Shown one piece after another: positions 46,317 to 55,933 of a stretch of DNA of 64,000 nucleotides. Position 1 is the stretch's first letter, and each line of letters starts with the position of its first letter. The DNA is from an uncultured Gemmatimonadales bacterium. Lineage in GTDB: Bacteria; Gemmatimonadota; Gemmatimonadetes; Gemmatimonadales; GWC2-71-9. Under the pieces are notes generated by a model. The model had not been told where the DNA came from. It saw only the letters and a list, made by a program, of their open reading frames with translations, and made no database searches. A program made the translations under genes and the position numbers. The DNA lies in assembly GCA_963795085.1 (NCBI GenBank), contig CAWCFX010000001.1:320001-384000 (forward strand), given 5' to 3'.

Positions 46317-46372
46317 ACATATCCTTGAGTTGGGGGGACACTCAGGCTGACGAACCTACACACCGTTCAGTT

Positions 46373-48520
46373 TCAAGGTGCAACGGGCAAAACCATAAAC
46401 GCCCTCTCTGCAATGGATTCAGGTCCTCCACTACCCCGAATCGTAAGCGACAGCAGGTACAGGCCCGGCCCGAGCCCGGCCAGTTGAATCGTCCGGCGAA
46501 TCCGGGTCACCTCTCCTCTCCCTTCTTCCTGCACCGTCAGCCCGAGCCGGTTGCGGCCTCGACGCCCGCGGTTCTCATCAAACACGGCGACGGTCGCTTC
46601 GAACGACTCGCCTTCCGCCAGCCCGTACACTTCCGCGTACAATTGGAGTGACTCACCCACCCGGTAGGCCGCGGCCGGATGCAGCAGGGCCGTGTCGGCC
46701 GGTCCCACGATCCAGGAAAGATTCCCCTGGCTTCGCCCCAGGGCGATCGAACTCACCGCGAGTGGCGTGGCGATGAGATCGGGAACGACGACCGAATCGA
46801 GGGTGGTCACCATGCCGGCCGCCCCCTGCTCCAGCGAAAGGCGATACCGCCACCGGCCCGGGGGAGCGGGCGCCGCCACCCGCGCGCCCATCGCCTCGCC
46901 GGCCCGCACGGGTGCTATCGTCGTGTCCATCCAGTGAACCGCGGTGCCCGACGCATCGAAGAAAGCGAGACGCAGTCGAACCGGGTTTCCATCCCCGGCC
47001 CCGCCCGGCAGGGTGAAGAGCACTTGCAACTGGGGCGATCCATTGGACCGGCCGATCGTGAGCAGGTCGAAGTCGGCCCCCAGCGAATCGGTAAAGCGAA
47101 GCTGGTAGGACTCGCTCCCCGTGCCGACCCGGGCGCTCCAGGTGCCCCATTCCCGTTCCTCCCGCCCGATCCGGGCGGACCCGTGAGGACCCCAGCTCAT
47201 CATCTTCAGGTAGAGGTCGCTCACCCGGGAGAGCTCGAGCAGCAGGAGGTCCCTGGGAATGCCGCTGCCCCGGAGATCCTCCGCACTGCCCACCAGCCGG
47301 TAATCCGTAAGGGCCCCGCCTTCGGGGCCCGCGCCGCCGCCGCTAAAGTGCAGAAGCAGGTCGCCATCAGCCCGGCGGTAGAGCCAGGTCTCGGCGGGCA
47401 TGAGCCCGAACAGGAGGGGAGTGACCCGACGAGCCGGCGCGCCATGGCGGAGGTACACCACTCCCCGGTCGTCAAGGCCGGCCGATTCACCGGCGCGGAA
47501 CACGTCCCGCAGGCTGTAGAATCGCCGGTTATTCATCAACCCATAATGCCACCCGGCGTATTGCAGCCGCCGGAAATGCTCGGTCAGCCTTTCGGGGACA
47601 GAGCGGAGATCCTGGCGGGCGCGTGTTTCCCAGAATGTCCGGAGCGCCGCCGCCCGCTCGGGTCCCCGGGCAGCGTCGAGACGCTCCAGCTCTGACGGCC
47701 TGGCCAGCAGGAGCAGATCGGCCCGCAGACTGGCAAGAGTGGCCGGATCGTCGGACCCGGCGAGGTCGAAGTAGGCGCGACTGGCATCCTCCCCGGCCGT
47801 GAACCGGGCCCGCACCAGTTCATACCCGAGGAGAGCGTCCTCCCTCGAGCTTTGCCGGGCCGATTCCAGCGTCGCGATGGAGGCGTAATGGTGACCGGCG
47901 GCCCATTCACTCCTCGCCAGCAGGCGGAGCACACCCCGGTCCTGGTTCCCCCGGGCGATGGCGCGGCTGAGAATGGCCCGGGTTTCGAGGGCGGTGAGTG
48001 TGTCCCGGAGCAGGGCGGAGACAGCGGCGAGTTCGAGGATGGCCGGCGTGAAGCCGGGATCGTCAGCCACGACGCTGGCCAGGGCCCGGAAGGCGGCCCG
48101 GTAGGCACCGTGGCCCACGTAGGAGCCAAGACTGAGGGGTTCGGCCGCAAGCCAGTCGCCTTTCGCCCTTTCGGCGAGGCCGATTCCGTAGCGTGGATAG
48201 GGCCACCGCGGTTTCAGCCGGTCGGCCTCCTGGAATGCGTTCCTGGCACGGTCGTAGCGGCGGCCGCTCTGGTCCAGCGCCGCAAGTCGGAGGAGGGCGA
48301 ACCCCCGGCGCAGCCGTTCAACGGGGTCGCTGGCGCCGGCTCCCTGGTCGGGTCGCTCGACAATCGCCTGGACCTCGGCGCTGCGGGCCAGGCGGCCGAG
48401 GGAGTCAGTGAAGGCGGCCAGGCGGTCGCGCTCCGCCGACGACTGCGCCAGCGCCGGCGCAGCGATGAAGAGGAGGGATGCCACGAAGGCCGGAAGGATC
48501 GGAGAGTGGATCACATCCAA
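46373..48520 (-). CDS. GWxTD domain-containing exported protein (degenerate motif)
   Basis: Signal peptide, TPR-like helices, FW...ERLTEHFRRLQYA...DDRGVVYLRHGAP...ETWLY, C-terminal Ig-like domains. Confidence 0.78.
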   Translation of the reverse strand: MDVIHSPILPAFVASLLFIAAPALAQSSAERDRLAAFTDSLGRLARSAEVQAIVERPDQGAGASDPVERLRRGFALLRLAALDQSGRRYDRARNAFQEADRLKPRWPYPRYGIGLAERAKGDWLAAEPLSLGSYVGHGAYRAAFRALASVVADDPGFTPAILELAAVSALLRDTLTALETRAILSRAIARGNQDRGVLRLLARSEWAAGHHYASIATLESARQSSREDALLGYELVRARFTAGEDASRAYFDLAGSDDPATLASLRADLLLLARPSELERLDAARGPERAAALRTFWETRARQDLRSVPERLTEHFRRLQYAGWHYGLMNNRRFYSLRDVFRAGESAGLDDRGVVYLRHGAPARRVTPLLFGLMPAETWLYRRADGDLLLHFSGGGAGPEGGALTDYRLVGSAEDLRGSGIPRDLLLLELSRVSDLYLKMMSWGPHGSARIGREEREWGTWSARVGTGSESYQLRFTDSLGADFDLLTIGRSNGSPQLQVLFTLPGGAGDGNPVRLRLAFFDASGTAVHWMDTTIAPVRAGEAMGARVAAPAPPGRWRYRLSLEQGAAGMVTTLDSVVVPDLIATPLAVSSIALGRSQGNLSWIVGPADTALLHPAAAYRVGESLQLYAEVYGLAEGESFEATVAVFDENRGRRGRNRLGLTVQEEGRGEVTRIRRTIQLAGLGPGLYLLSLTIRGSGGPESIAERAFMVLPVAP

Positions 48521-48563
48521 TAGGACGAGCCAGTAATCGCCGAATGGACCAACCGAAGCGGGA

Positions 48564-49664
48564 CTAGTGGACCCACGCCTCCAGCTTGGTGGTCCGCCGG
48601 AACGAATCGGGGTGGCGGCGGAACCAGGACATGACCAGCAGCACCTCGTCCATGCCTTCCCGGGCCAGGGCTTCGAGGTCCGGGTCCGGCCGGCTGAGTT
48701 CTTCCGACACCACCGCGTTGAACGCGTCGAGCTCGATCGGCGTGGTGGGATAGGGGTACACGGCGCGAACCAGTCCGCGGCGGATGAGATACGCCCGGTC
48801 GTCGCCCAGGGATCCGGGGTCGCGATAGACGAAGGTGAGGAGATCCAGCGCCGCCCGGGCCCGGGTCACGGCGGCCAGCAGCCACTCCAGTGCTTCGAAC
48901 TTCTGCCGCCAGCGGGTAGCCTGCTCGTATTCCGAAGCCGCCGAGGCGGCCTCCATCGCGTCAATGACGCGGTCAATTGGCTGAATGGCCCTGGCGTCGA
49001 GAAAGGCGACGGCAGTCTCCACCCGCCGGTGATACTCGAGTTCTGTCACCAGCGCCGCGCAGGGGCCGCTGCAGGACCCCAGTTCATGGCGAATGCACGC
49101 GGCGGTCAGGGGGGCCTGGAACAGGTCCATCTGCCCGGCATAGACGATCGGCATGCTGGGCGCGCAGTCGCGGAGACCCATCAGGTCGTTGAGGGTTCGA
49201 ACCGCTTCCTGGATGCGGGCCGTGGCGTTGAAGGGGCCAAAGCAGCGCAGCTCACCCGCGCCAACCGCGGTCCCCGCGCTGATCTTCGGGGCCGCCCCGC
49301 CGGAAACCCGGATAAAGGCGGCCCGCCGGGTCCGGTTGAGGCTGTAGTTAAGGGGAGGCCGGAATTTCCGGATCTGCCGCAACTCGGCCAGGTAGGCCGC
49401 GAACTCGCTGGGGACGTAGTCCCACTCGATGGTTCGCGCCGCGTGGAGGATCCGCGCGGCCTTGTCCCCGGGATAGCTGGCCCGAAAATAAGAGAGCACC
49501 CGGCTGCGCAGTTGCTTGGCCTTGCCCACGTAGAGCACCCGCCCGGTGGGATCGATCATCCGGTACACCCCGGGCCGGTTTTCGGCCAGCCGGCTTACCC
49601 GGTGGCGCAGGGTATCCAGGTCGGTCGCCGGCAGCGGCAGCAGGGACCGAAAGTGTTTTTTCAC
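48564..49664 (-). CDS. UvrC-like (Cho-type) GIY-YIG nuclease with UVR domain
   Basis: PGVYRM...LYVGKAKQLRSRVLSYF, FGPF, Cys cluster, MEAAS...YEQA; lacks the UvrC C-terminal half. Confidence 0.85.
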   Translation of the reverse strand: MKKHFRSLLPLPATDLDTLRHRVSRLAENRPGVYRMIDPTGRVLYVGKAKQLRSRVLSYFRASYPGDKAARILHAARTIEWDYVPSEFAAYLAELRQIRKFRPPLNYSLNRTRRAAFIRVSGGAAPKISAGTAVGAGELRCFGPFNATARIQEAVRTLNDLMGLRDCAPSMPIVYAGQMDLFQAPLTAACIRHELGSCSGPCAALVTELEYHRRVETAVAFLDARAIQPIDRVIDAMEAASAASEYEQATRWRQKFEALEWLLAAVTRARAALDLLTFVYRDPGSLGDDRAYLIRRGLVRAVYPYPTTPIELDAFNAVVSEELSRPDPDLEALAREGMDEVLLVMSWFRRHPDSFRRTTKLEAWVH

Positions 49665-49678
49665 GAATTCATGCGGGC

Positions 49679-50503
49679 TCAGGTCTGGCAGCGATAGCAG
49701 AACACCGTGATCCGGGCATCAATGTCATGGGTCCCTACGAGGCGGGTGCCGCAGCGGCGGCAGGGCTGGTGCTCCCGGCCGTACACCAGCAGCTCAAGTT
49801 GGAAGTTACCCGACTGCCCGGTCCCGGTGACGTAGTCGCGGATGGTCGTCCCCTGGGAAGCAATGGCAACCTCGAGAATACGCTGGAGTTCGGTGAACAG
49901 CGCGGCGTAGCGTGCCGAGGAAATCTTGACGGCCGGCTTGGACGGGTCAATCCCCGCGGCAAACAGCGCCTCGTTGGCGTAGATGTTCCCGACGCCAGCG
50001 ATGTATTTCTGGTCCATCAGGATCTTCTTGATGGCGGCCCGGCTCCGGCTCAGCCCGCGGGCGAAGGCCTCCGCCGTATATGCCGGGTCGAGCGGCTCCG
50101 GGCCCATGCCCTGGTCATAGCGCTGCCACTGCCGGGGGTTGAGCAGGAGAATGGTCCCCAGCCGGCGTACATCCCGGTAGACGAGATATGCGCCATCATC
50201 CATCCGCACCGTCAGCACGTTGTAGCGGGCGACCTCGCCGGAAGGCCTCCGCGGATGAATGAGCATCGCGCCGGTCATGCCGGGCTGGATGACGAGGCGA
50301 TGGTCGCCGAGGTCTATGACGGCGTGCTTGGCCCGGCGAAACATCGCCTCCACCCGGCGGCCCGGCAGGTCCCGGATCAGGCGTTGGCGGGAAACCCCGC
50401 GGAGCACATCGTCATGGGAGAGCGTGGCGGCGGTGAACCTCCGCCCCACCAGGTGGGGGCGCAGGTCGCGCACGATGGTCTCAACCTCCGGGAGTTCCGG
50501 CAC
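49679..50503 (-). CDS. mutM: Formamidopyrimidine-DNA glycosylase
   Basis: PELPEVET, RRAK, GMTG, GVGNIYANE, C-terminal CRRC...CYRCQ zinc finger. Confidence 0.95.
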   Translation of the reverse strand: MPELPEVETIVRDLRPHLVGRRFTAATLSHDDVLRGVSRQRLIRDLPGRRVEAMFRRAKHAVIDLGDHRLVIQPGMTGAMLIHPRRPSGEVARYNVLTVRMDDGAYLVYRDVRRLGTILLLNPRQWQRYDQGMGPEPLDPAYTAEAFARGLSRSRAAIKKILMDQKYIAGVGNIYANEALFAAGIDPSKPAVKISSARYAALFTELQRILEVAIASQGTTIRDYVTGTGQSGNFQLELLVYGREHQPCRRCGTRLVGTHDIDARITVFCYRCQT

Positions 50504-51767
50504 GCTCCGCCTCCCGCCAGCCGATGTCTCCCCGGAACACCTTCCCATCGAAGCGCACGGCCAGGGCACCCTGCCGGCTGCGCGCCTGTGCCTCGGCAAA
50601 GGTGGTCCCGGTGCCGGTCACCCCAAACACCCGGCCGCCGGCCACCACCAGGTTGCCCTCCTGGTTTCTCGCCGTGCCGGCATGGAAGAGATGAATGTCC
50701 GGATCGCCATGGGGGGGCAGCTGGATCAGGGCGCCCTTTTCGGGCTGGTCCGGATATCCCCGCGCGGCCAGCACCGTGGTGACCGCACAGCGGCCGCTGG
50801 TCTCCACCGGCGAAGGCGCCTGGTTGTTCGCAACCTGGCGAAGCGCCTCCAGCAGTCCCGGCTCCAGGAGGGGGAGGATGGCCTGCGTCTCCGGGTCTCC
50901 AAAACGGCAATTGAACTCCACCACCCGGGGCCGTCCGTCGCGGTCGATCATGAGCCCGGCATAGAGGAGGCCGTTGAACCGGGCGCCTTCCCGTTCCATC
51001 GCCTCCAGGGTGGGGGTGATGATCGTGGCGCCGACCGATCGCAGCAACTCCGGGGTCGCGAGAGAGACCGGGCTGTACGCGCCCATGCCGCCGGTATTCG
51101 GGCCCACATCTCTTTCGCCGAGCCGTTTGTGATCCTGGGCCGGTGGGAGCAGGAAGAAGTCCCGTCCATTGGTCAGGGCGAAGACCGAGAGTTCCTCGCC
51201 CTCCATGAACTCCTCGACCACCACCTCCGCGCCCGCCTCACCCAGCGAGCGGTCCGCCATCATGGTGCGAAGGGCCTGCCCCGCCTCATCGCGGGTAGAG
51301 CAGACGACGGCACCCTTGCCGGCGGCCAGCCCGGACGCCTTGACCACCAGCGGCTCCTCGTGCTGGCCGACATACGCGAGGGCGGCGTCGAGATCGGTAA
51401 AGGTCCTGCTGGCGGCGGTGGGCACGCCGGCTCGCTCCATGAGCCCCTTGGCAAACGACTTGGATGACTCGATGCGGGCGGCGGCGGCGCTGGGGCCGAA
51501 GACCGGGATTCCCCGCGCCCGCAGCCGGTCCGCCAGCCCCAGGGCGAGCGGGACTTCGGGTCCCACGATCACCAGGTGAATCCCGAGTTCCAGCGCCGCG
51601 ATTTCAATTCCCGCGATATCGTCCGCGGCGATCGGGAGCAGGGCGGCCACGCTGGCCATCCCCGGGTTACCGGGCGCGGCATAGAGCCGGACCCCGGGAT
51701 CGTCCCGGTGCACCGCCCAGGCGAGCGCGTGCTCCCGGCCCCCCGCGCCTACTAACAGAATGTTCAT
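50481..51767 (-). CDS. purD: Phosphoribosylamine-glycine ligase
   Basis: GAGGREHAL, GLAAGKG, QDHKR, GPNTGGMGAY, EFNCRFGDPETQ. Confidence 0.97.
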   Translation of the reverse strand: MNILLVGAGGREHALAWAVHRDDPGVRLYAAPGNPGMASVAALLPIAADDIAGIEIAALELGIHLVIVGPEVPLALGLADRLRARGIPVFGPSAAAARIESSKSFAKGLMERAGVPTAASRTFTDLDAALAYVGQHEEPLVVKASGLAAGKGAVVCSTRDEAGQALRTMMADRSLGEAGAEVVVEEFMEGEELSVFALTNGRDFFLLPPAQDHKRLGERDVGPNTGGMGAYSPVSLATPELLRSVGATIITPTLEAMEREGARFNGLLYAGLMIDRDGRPRVVEFNCRFGDPETQAILPLLEPGLLEALRQVANNQAPSPVETSGRCAVTTVLAARGYPDQPEKGALIQLPPHGDPDIHLFHAGTARNQEGNLVVAGGRVFGVTGTGTTFAEAQARSRQGALAVRFDGKVFRGDIGWREAERAGTPGG

Positions 51768-51897
51768 TCGGGCTGAATGCCTCCGCAGGCTGGCTGGTCC
51801 TCGTGTGAGAAGAAGAATAATCTCAAACGTCTCCCTGCCGCGCAGGCAGTTCCAGGCGGGTTTACTTTCGCGCAGGGCTCGCACCGAGGGACCGCTG

Positions 51898-52420
51898 ATG
51901 AGAATTTCCATCCCGACAGTCGCATACCTCTGGCTCGGTCTTGCCCCGGGCGCCCTGGCCGCCCAGGACCTCCGGGCGATCCCCGATAGCCCGGCGCAGG
52001 CCTACTATGACTGGTGGATCGGCCGCTGGCAGCAGGAAACCGAGGGCAGAATCGATTCAACCGGAAATCAGTTCCTGGTGACCCGGGCCCCCTCCGGCGC
52101 GATCGTTGAATACTGACTCGGCTCGTGGGGAACCGGCATTCCGGGCGACCGGCCTCCGGTCGTTCGACAAGGCGTGGAACCGGTGGATGTATGTCTGGAC
52201 CAGCAGTGAGGGGCATTTCCAGGTCTGGGAGGAGCGGCGGGTCGGCGAGCGGTGGTACATGTACCGGGAGTTTGACATCGCGGGCGACCGATACCTCTCC
52301 CGCCAGGCATGGCTCCCGGAGGGAGCCAATCGCCTCACGCGCATCAGCGAAAAGTCCTACGATGGCGGCGTCACCTGGCAGCCACGGTTCCGGGAGACCT
52401 ACGTGCGGGTCCCGGCTGAT
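51898..52420 (+). pseudogene. Frameshifted exported DUF1579-like protein (pseudogene or sequencing error)
   Basis: Signal peptide and YDWWIGRW end at TGA 52114-52116; the next frame continues with FD..WNRW.YVW...SEKSYDGGVTW...ETYVR; 3' end approximate. Confidence 0.65.
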
Positions 52421-52447
52421 GCCGGGCGGAACCGTGGGGCTTGCTTT

Positions 52448-53461
52448 CTACTTTTGCCGCCCTTTCCGGAAGGCCTCCCCCACCCGTCCGGCGGCATCCT
52501 TGGCCGCCTGGGCTACCTTGCCGGCGGTCTCCCGTGCTTCCCGCGCGTAATAGCTGCCGGCCTCCGCCATTTCTTCCCGGATGGGGCGCCCCTGGTCGGT
52601 GCCGCTCCGCCGGGGATACTCACCCCGCAGGATTCGGTCGTACTCCCCGCTGGTGACCCACTGCTGCAGCTCGGCGGCGCGCACCGTGTTCATCGGGTGG
52701 GTGAGGCCGAGCGTGTTGATGATCTTGTAGACCACCGCGAGCCCATCGTTCGCATCGCCGTACTCTCTGGCCTGCGCCATGAAAGCGTCCACGTTCATCT
52801 GGTCGGTAAAACCGATGTCCCGGCTGCCCCCGGCCGCCTTCATGTGCAGGCTCTGCGAGGCCATGAAGTCCTGCCCGCCCAGGAGGCCCGCCCGGTCCGA
52901 GGACAGCTCCGACTTCCGGGACCATTCCAGGAACGCCAGCTTGACGGGCAGGATCGCCAGCCCGGCCAGGAAGGGCAGGGCGCCGAGGCTGACCATGGCC
53001 AGGATCGCGGCGATAGTGCGGTAGAAGGCGTGGCCGCTTACCACGTGCCCCATCTCATGCGCGATCAGGGTGCGTACCTCGTCCTCGTTCAAAATTTCCA
53101 GCGCGCTCGAATTGAGCACGATGAACGGGTTATCGACGCCGTAGGCACCGGCGTTGAAGAACGGTGTCTGGGAGACGAACAACTCGGGGATCGTCGGCCA
53201 GTCGAAGGTGGTGCAGACCTCGACATGCAGGGCCCAGATGCGGGGGAACTGGTGGGGGCCAGCCTTCACCGCGTTGCCTTGGAAGAGCAGCCGGATGCCC
53301 CGCTCTCCGCCCAGTGCCGAAAGGATCTTGCGGACGACGTCCTCGAAGCCCGGCACACTGCGCAGGGCCTGCAGGGCAGCACGGTCGGCGGGGTGCTCCC
53401 ACGCCGAAGGTGCAATGTCGGGGAAGGCCCGCCGCGGGCGGGGGGCAAGCGAAGTGCTCAT
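52448..53461 (-). CDS. M48 family metallopeptidase
   Basis: WEHPADR, FNAGAYG, IAHEMGH, WSRKSELSSDRAG, THP. Confidence 0.9.
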   Translation of the reverse strand: MSTSLAPRPRRAFPDIAPSAWEHPADRAALQALRSVPGFEDVVRKILSALGGERGIRLLFQGNAVKAGPHQFPRIWALHVEVCTTFDWPTIPELFVSQTPFFNAGAYGVDNPFIVLNSSALEILNEDEVRTLIAHEMGHVVSGHAFYRTIAAILAMVSLGALPFLAGLAILPVKLAFLEWSRKSELSSDRAGLLGGQDFMASQSLHMKAAGGSRDIGFTDQMNVDAFMAQAREYGDANDGLAVVYKIINTLGLTHPMNTVRAAELQQWVTSGEYDRILRGEYPRRSGTDQGRPIREEMAEAGSYYAREARETAGKVAQAAKDAAGRVGEAFRKGRQK

Positions 53462-53527
53462 AGGTAACTCATCGAGAGAGGTCTCACCCGTACGCGGCCA
53501 TTGGCCGCGGGTTTCAGGTTGCTACAT

Positions 53528-54706
53528 TCAGGCTAGTCCAGCCCCCCTGAAGGCCTGATCCAGGTCGGCGATCAGGTCGGCGGCGTCCTCGATGCCGCAG
53601 CTCAGCCGGACCAGGCTGTCGGTCAGTCCCATCTTGCGCCGCAGTTCGGCCGGCACGGACGCATGGGTCATGGAGGCGGGGTGACCGATCAGGCTTTCGA
53701 CCCCTCCCAGGGATTCCGCGAGACGGAAGAGGTGGGTGCCCTCTACAACCCTTCGGGCCACGGCCGGGTCTCCCAGCTCGATGGAGATCATTCCGCCAAA
53801 GCCGCTCATCTGGCGGCTGGCCAGTTTGAACTGGGGATGATCGGGCAGGCCGGGGTAGTAGATCTTCCGCACGGCCGGCAGGTTGCCGAGCCACTCGGCG
53901 ATGCAGCGCCCGTTGGTGTCGTGCTGGCGCATCCGGAGCGCCAGCGTCTTGGTGCCCCGGAGGGCGAGCCAGCAGTCCATGGGGCCGGGTACCGCACCGG
54001 AGGCGTTCTGGAGGAAGCCGAGCCGCTCAGCCAGGTCTTCACGGCGCACGAGGACGATTCCGCCGACCATGTCACTATGGCCGTTGAGGTACTTGGTGGT
54101 GGAGTGCAGGACCACGTCGGCGCCCACTTCGAGCGGCCGCTGGAAGATGGGGGTGGCGAAGGTGTTATCCACGACGAGGAGCAGTCCGCGTGCCTGGCAG
54201 ATGTCGGCGAGGGCCTGGAGATCGTAGATCGCCATCATCGGGTTGGTCGGGGTCTCGCAGAAGACCATCCGGGTGGCCGGGGTGATGGCCGCGGCGACAT
54301 TGTCGGCGGACTGCATGTCCACGAAACTGAAGCGCATGCCCATCCGGGCATAGATCTGTTCCATCATGCGGTGGGTACCGCCGTACACGTTCTCGCCGCA
54401 GATGACGTGGTCGCCACTCCCCAGCAGCTTCAGGACGGCGTCAATGGAGGCAAGGCCGGAACTGAAGGCGAAGCCGAACTCTCCGGACTCGAGGTCGGCG
54501 ACATTTCGCTCCAGGGCCTCCCGGGTGGGGTTCTGGGTGCGGGCGTACTCGTAGCCCTTGTGGCGGCCCAGACCTTCCTGGACGTAGGTGGAGGTCTGAT
54601 ATATTGGGGTCATGACCGCCCCGGTGGTCGGGTCCGGGGTCTGGCCTGCGTGGACGGCGCGGGTGGCGAGGCGCCTGCCGGTCTGGTCGTTGGTGATCCG
54701 TGTCAC
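53528..54706 (-). CDS. metB: Cystathionine gamma-synthase/gamma-lyase
   Basis: PIYQTSTY, YAR..NPT, ETPTNP, VDNTF, HSTTKYLNGHSD, AESLGGVESL; start could be 54745. Confidence 0.88.
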   Translation of the reverse strand: MTRITNDQTGRRLATRAVHAGQTPDPTTGAVMTPIYQTSTYVQEGLGRHKGYEYARTQNPTREALERNVADLESGEFGFAFSSGLASIDAVLKLLGSGDHVICGENVYGGTHRMMEQIYARMGMRFSFVDMQSADNVAAAITPATRMVFCETPTNPMMAIYDLQALADICQARGLLLVVDNTFATPIFQRPLEVGADVVLHSTTKYLNGHSDMVGGIVLVRREDLAERLGFLQNASGAVPGPMDCWLALRGTKTLALRMRQHDTNGRCIAEWLGNLPAVRKIYYPGLPDHPQFKLASRQMSGFGGMISIELGDPAVARRVVEGTHLFRLAESLGGVESLIGHPASMTHASVPAELRRKMGLTDSLVRLSCGIEDAADLIADLDQAFRGAGLA

Positions 54707-54802
54707 AGTCGTCCCGGGATAGAGTTTGTGATATTTGGCCGCCACGAACTCTATTCCTGCTCACATTCTGCGGCAAGCTGGTAGCGCACGGCACTTCCGA
54801 AA

Positions 54803-55873
54803 GTGTTGGGAGGCCGGATCACGTTGTCCTGCAAGGGGGTTACGATTACGGAAACCGCACACTGCCTGGTGGTGGACGACGATGCCCAGATTCGGCGGGC
54901 GCTGTCGCGCGCCATTGAGAGCCAGGGCCTGGCCTGCGTGGAAGCGGGATCGGGCCTGGAGGGGCTCGATCTCCTGGCCCAACTCGGGTCGGTCCCCCTC
55001 GTCATTACCGACATTCACATGCCGGGGATGGACGGGCTGGAGTTCCTTCGCGAACTCCGGTCCCGGTACCCTGATACTGCGGTCATCATGCTGACGGCGG
55101 TCGCGGAAGTCCGCACCGCGGTCACCTGCCTCCAGATGGGGGCCATGGACTACATCGCCAAGCCGGTGGTAATCGATGAAGTCCGGGCCCGGGTGAGCCA
55201 GGCGCTGGAACGCCGCAACCTGATCCTGCAGAACCGGTTCTATCAGAAGCACCTGGAATCCCGGGTCAAACAGCAGGCCCAGAAGATCAAGGACATCTTC
55301 CTCCTGGGGGTGCAGTCGCTGGTCCACGCGCTGGAGGCAAAGGACCCTTACACGCGTGGCCACTCCAGGCGGGTGAGCAATTACGCGGTCAAGACGGCGG
55401 TCCGGCTGGGTTACACCGGCGACGCCCTCGAGGAAATCCGGCTGGGCGGGGAACTGCACGATATCGGCAAGATCGACACGCCCGAATCCATCCTGAACAA
55501 ACCGGGCCCGCTGGACCCCGAGGAGTTCGACCGGGTGGTCCGCCATACGGTGCTGGGCGAGCGGATCCTGGCACCTTTCGTCCAGGAATCGCCGGCGGTG
55601 CTCCGGGTGGTCCGGTCCCATCATGAACGGATGGACGGCGGAGGCTTTCCCGACGGACTGGTGGGCGAGGCCATCCCGATGGAGGCGCGGATCGTTGCGG
55701 TGGCCGATGCCTTCGATGCCATGACCACGCAGCGGGCCTACCGTCCGCCGCGGACGCCGCAGGCCGCGCTGGAAGAGTTGCTCCGGTGCGCCGGCTGCCA
55801 TTTTGATCCCGCCGTCGTTGAAGCGTTCTGCGCCGCCTACCCCGACCTGGCCGCCGCTCCGGTGGACGCCTGA
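54803..55873 (+). CDS. Response regulator with HD-GYP phosphodiesterase domain
   Basis: REC domain (VVDDD, TDIHMPGMDG, KP), GHSRRV, LHDIGKI, HHERMDGGGFP, VADAFDAMT; start uncertain. Confidence 0.9.
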   Translation: MLGGRITLSCKGVTITETAHCLVVDDDAQIRRALSRAIESQGLACVEAGSGLEGLDLLAQLGSVPLVITDIHMPGMDGLEFLRELRSRYPDTAVIMLTAVAEVRTAVTCLQMGAMDYIAKPVVIDEVRARVSQALERRNLILQNRFYQKHLESRVKQQAQKIKDIFLLGVQSLVHALEAKDPYTRGHSRRVSNYAVKTAVRLGYTGDALEEIRLGGELHDIGKIDTPESILNKPGPLDPEEFDRVVRHTVLGERILAPFVQESPAVLRVVRSHHERMDGGGFPDGLVGEAIPMEARIVAVADAFDAMTTQRAYRPPRTPQAALEELLRCAGCHFDPAVVEAFCAAYPDLAAAPVDA

Positions 55874-55933
55874 ACCAACCTACTCCCCGCGCCGTGGTCC
55901 CGCCGCCATTGGGACGGGACTATCTTGCCCGGC

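Noticed and set aside
51768..51897. ZTP or purine riboswitch before purD (also checked before guaB, metB and glmS)
   Set aside because: No conserved aptamer or ribozyme motifs found; glmS is only 11 nt downstream of glmM.
52111..52117. RF2-style programmed +1 frameshift at TAC-TGA-C
   Set aside because: The codon before UGA is UAC, which cannot re-pair in the +1 frame as CUU-U does, and no upstream SD-like element is present.
52421..53467. C-terminal extension of the 453-aa + strand ORF
   Set aside because: Antisense shadow of the M48 peptidase gene.
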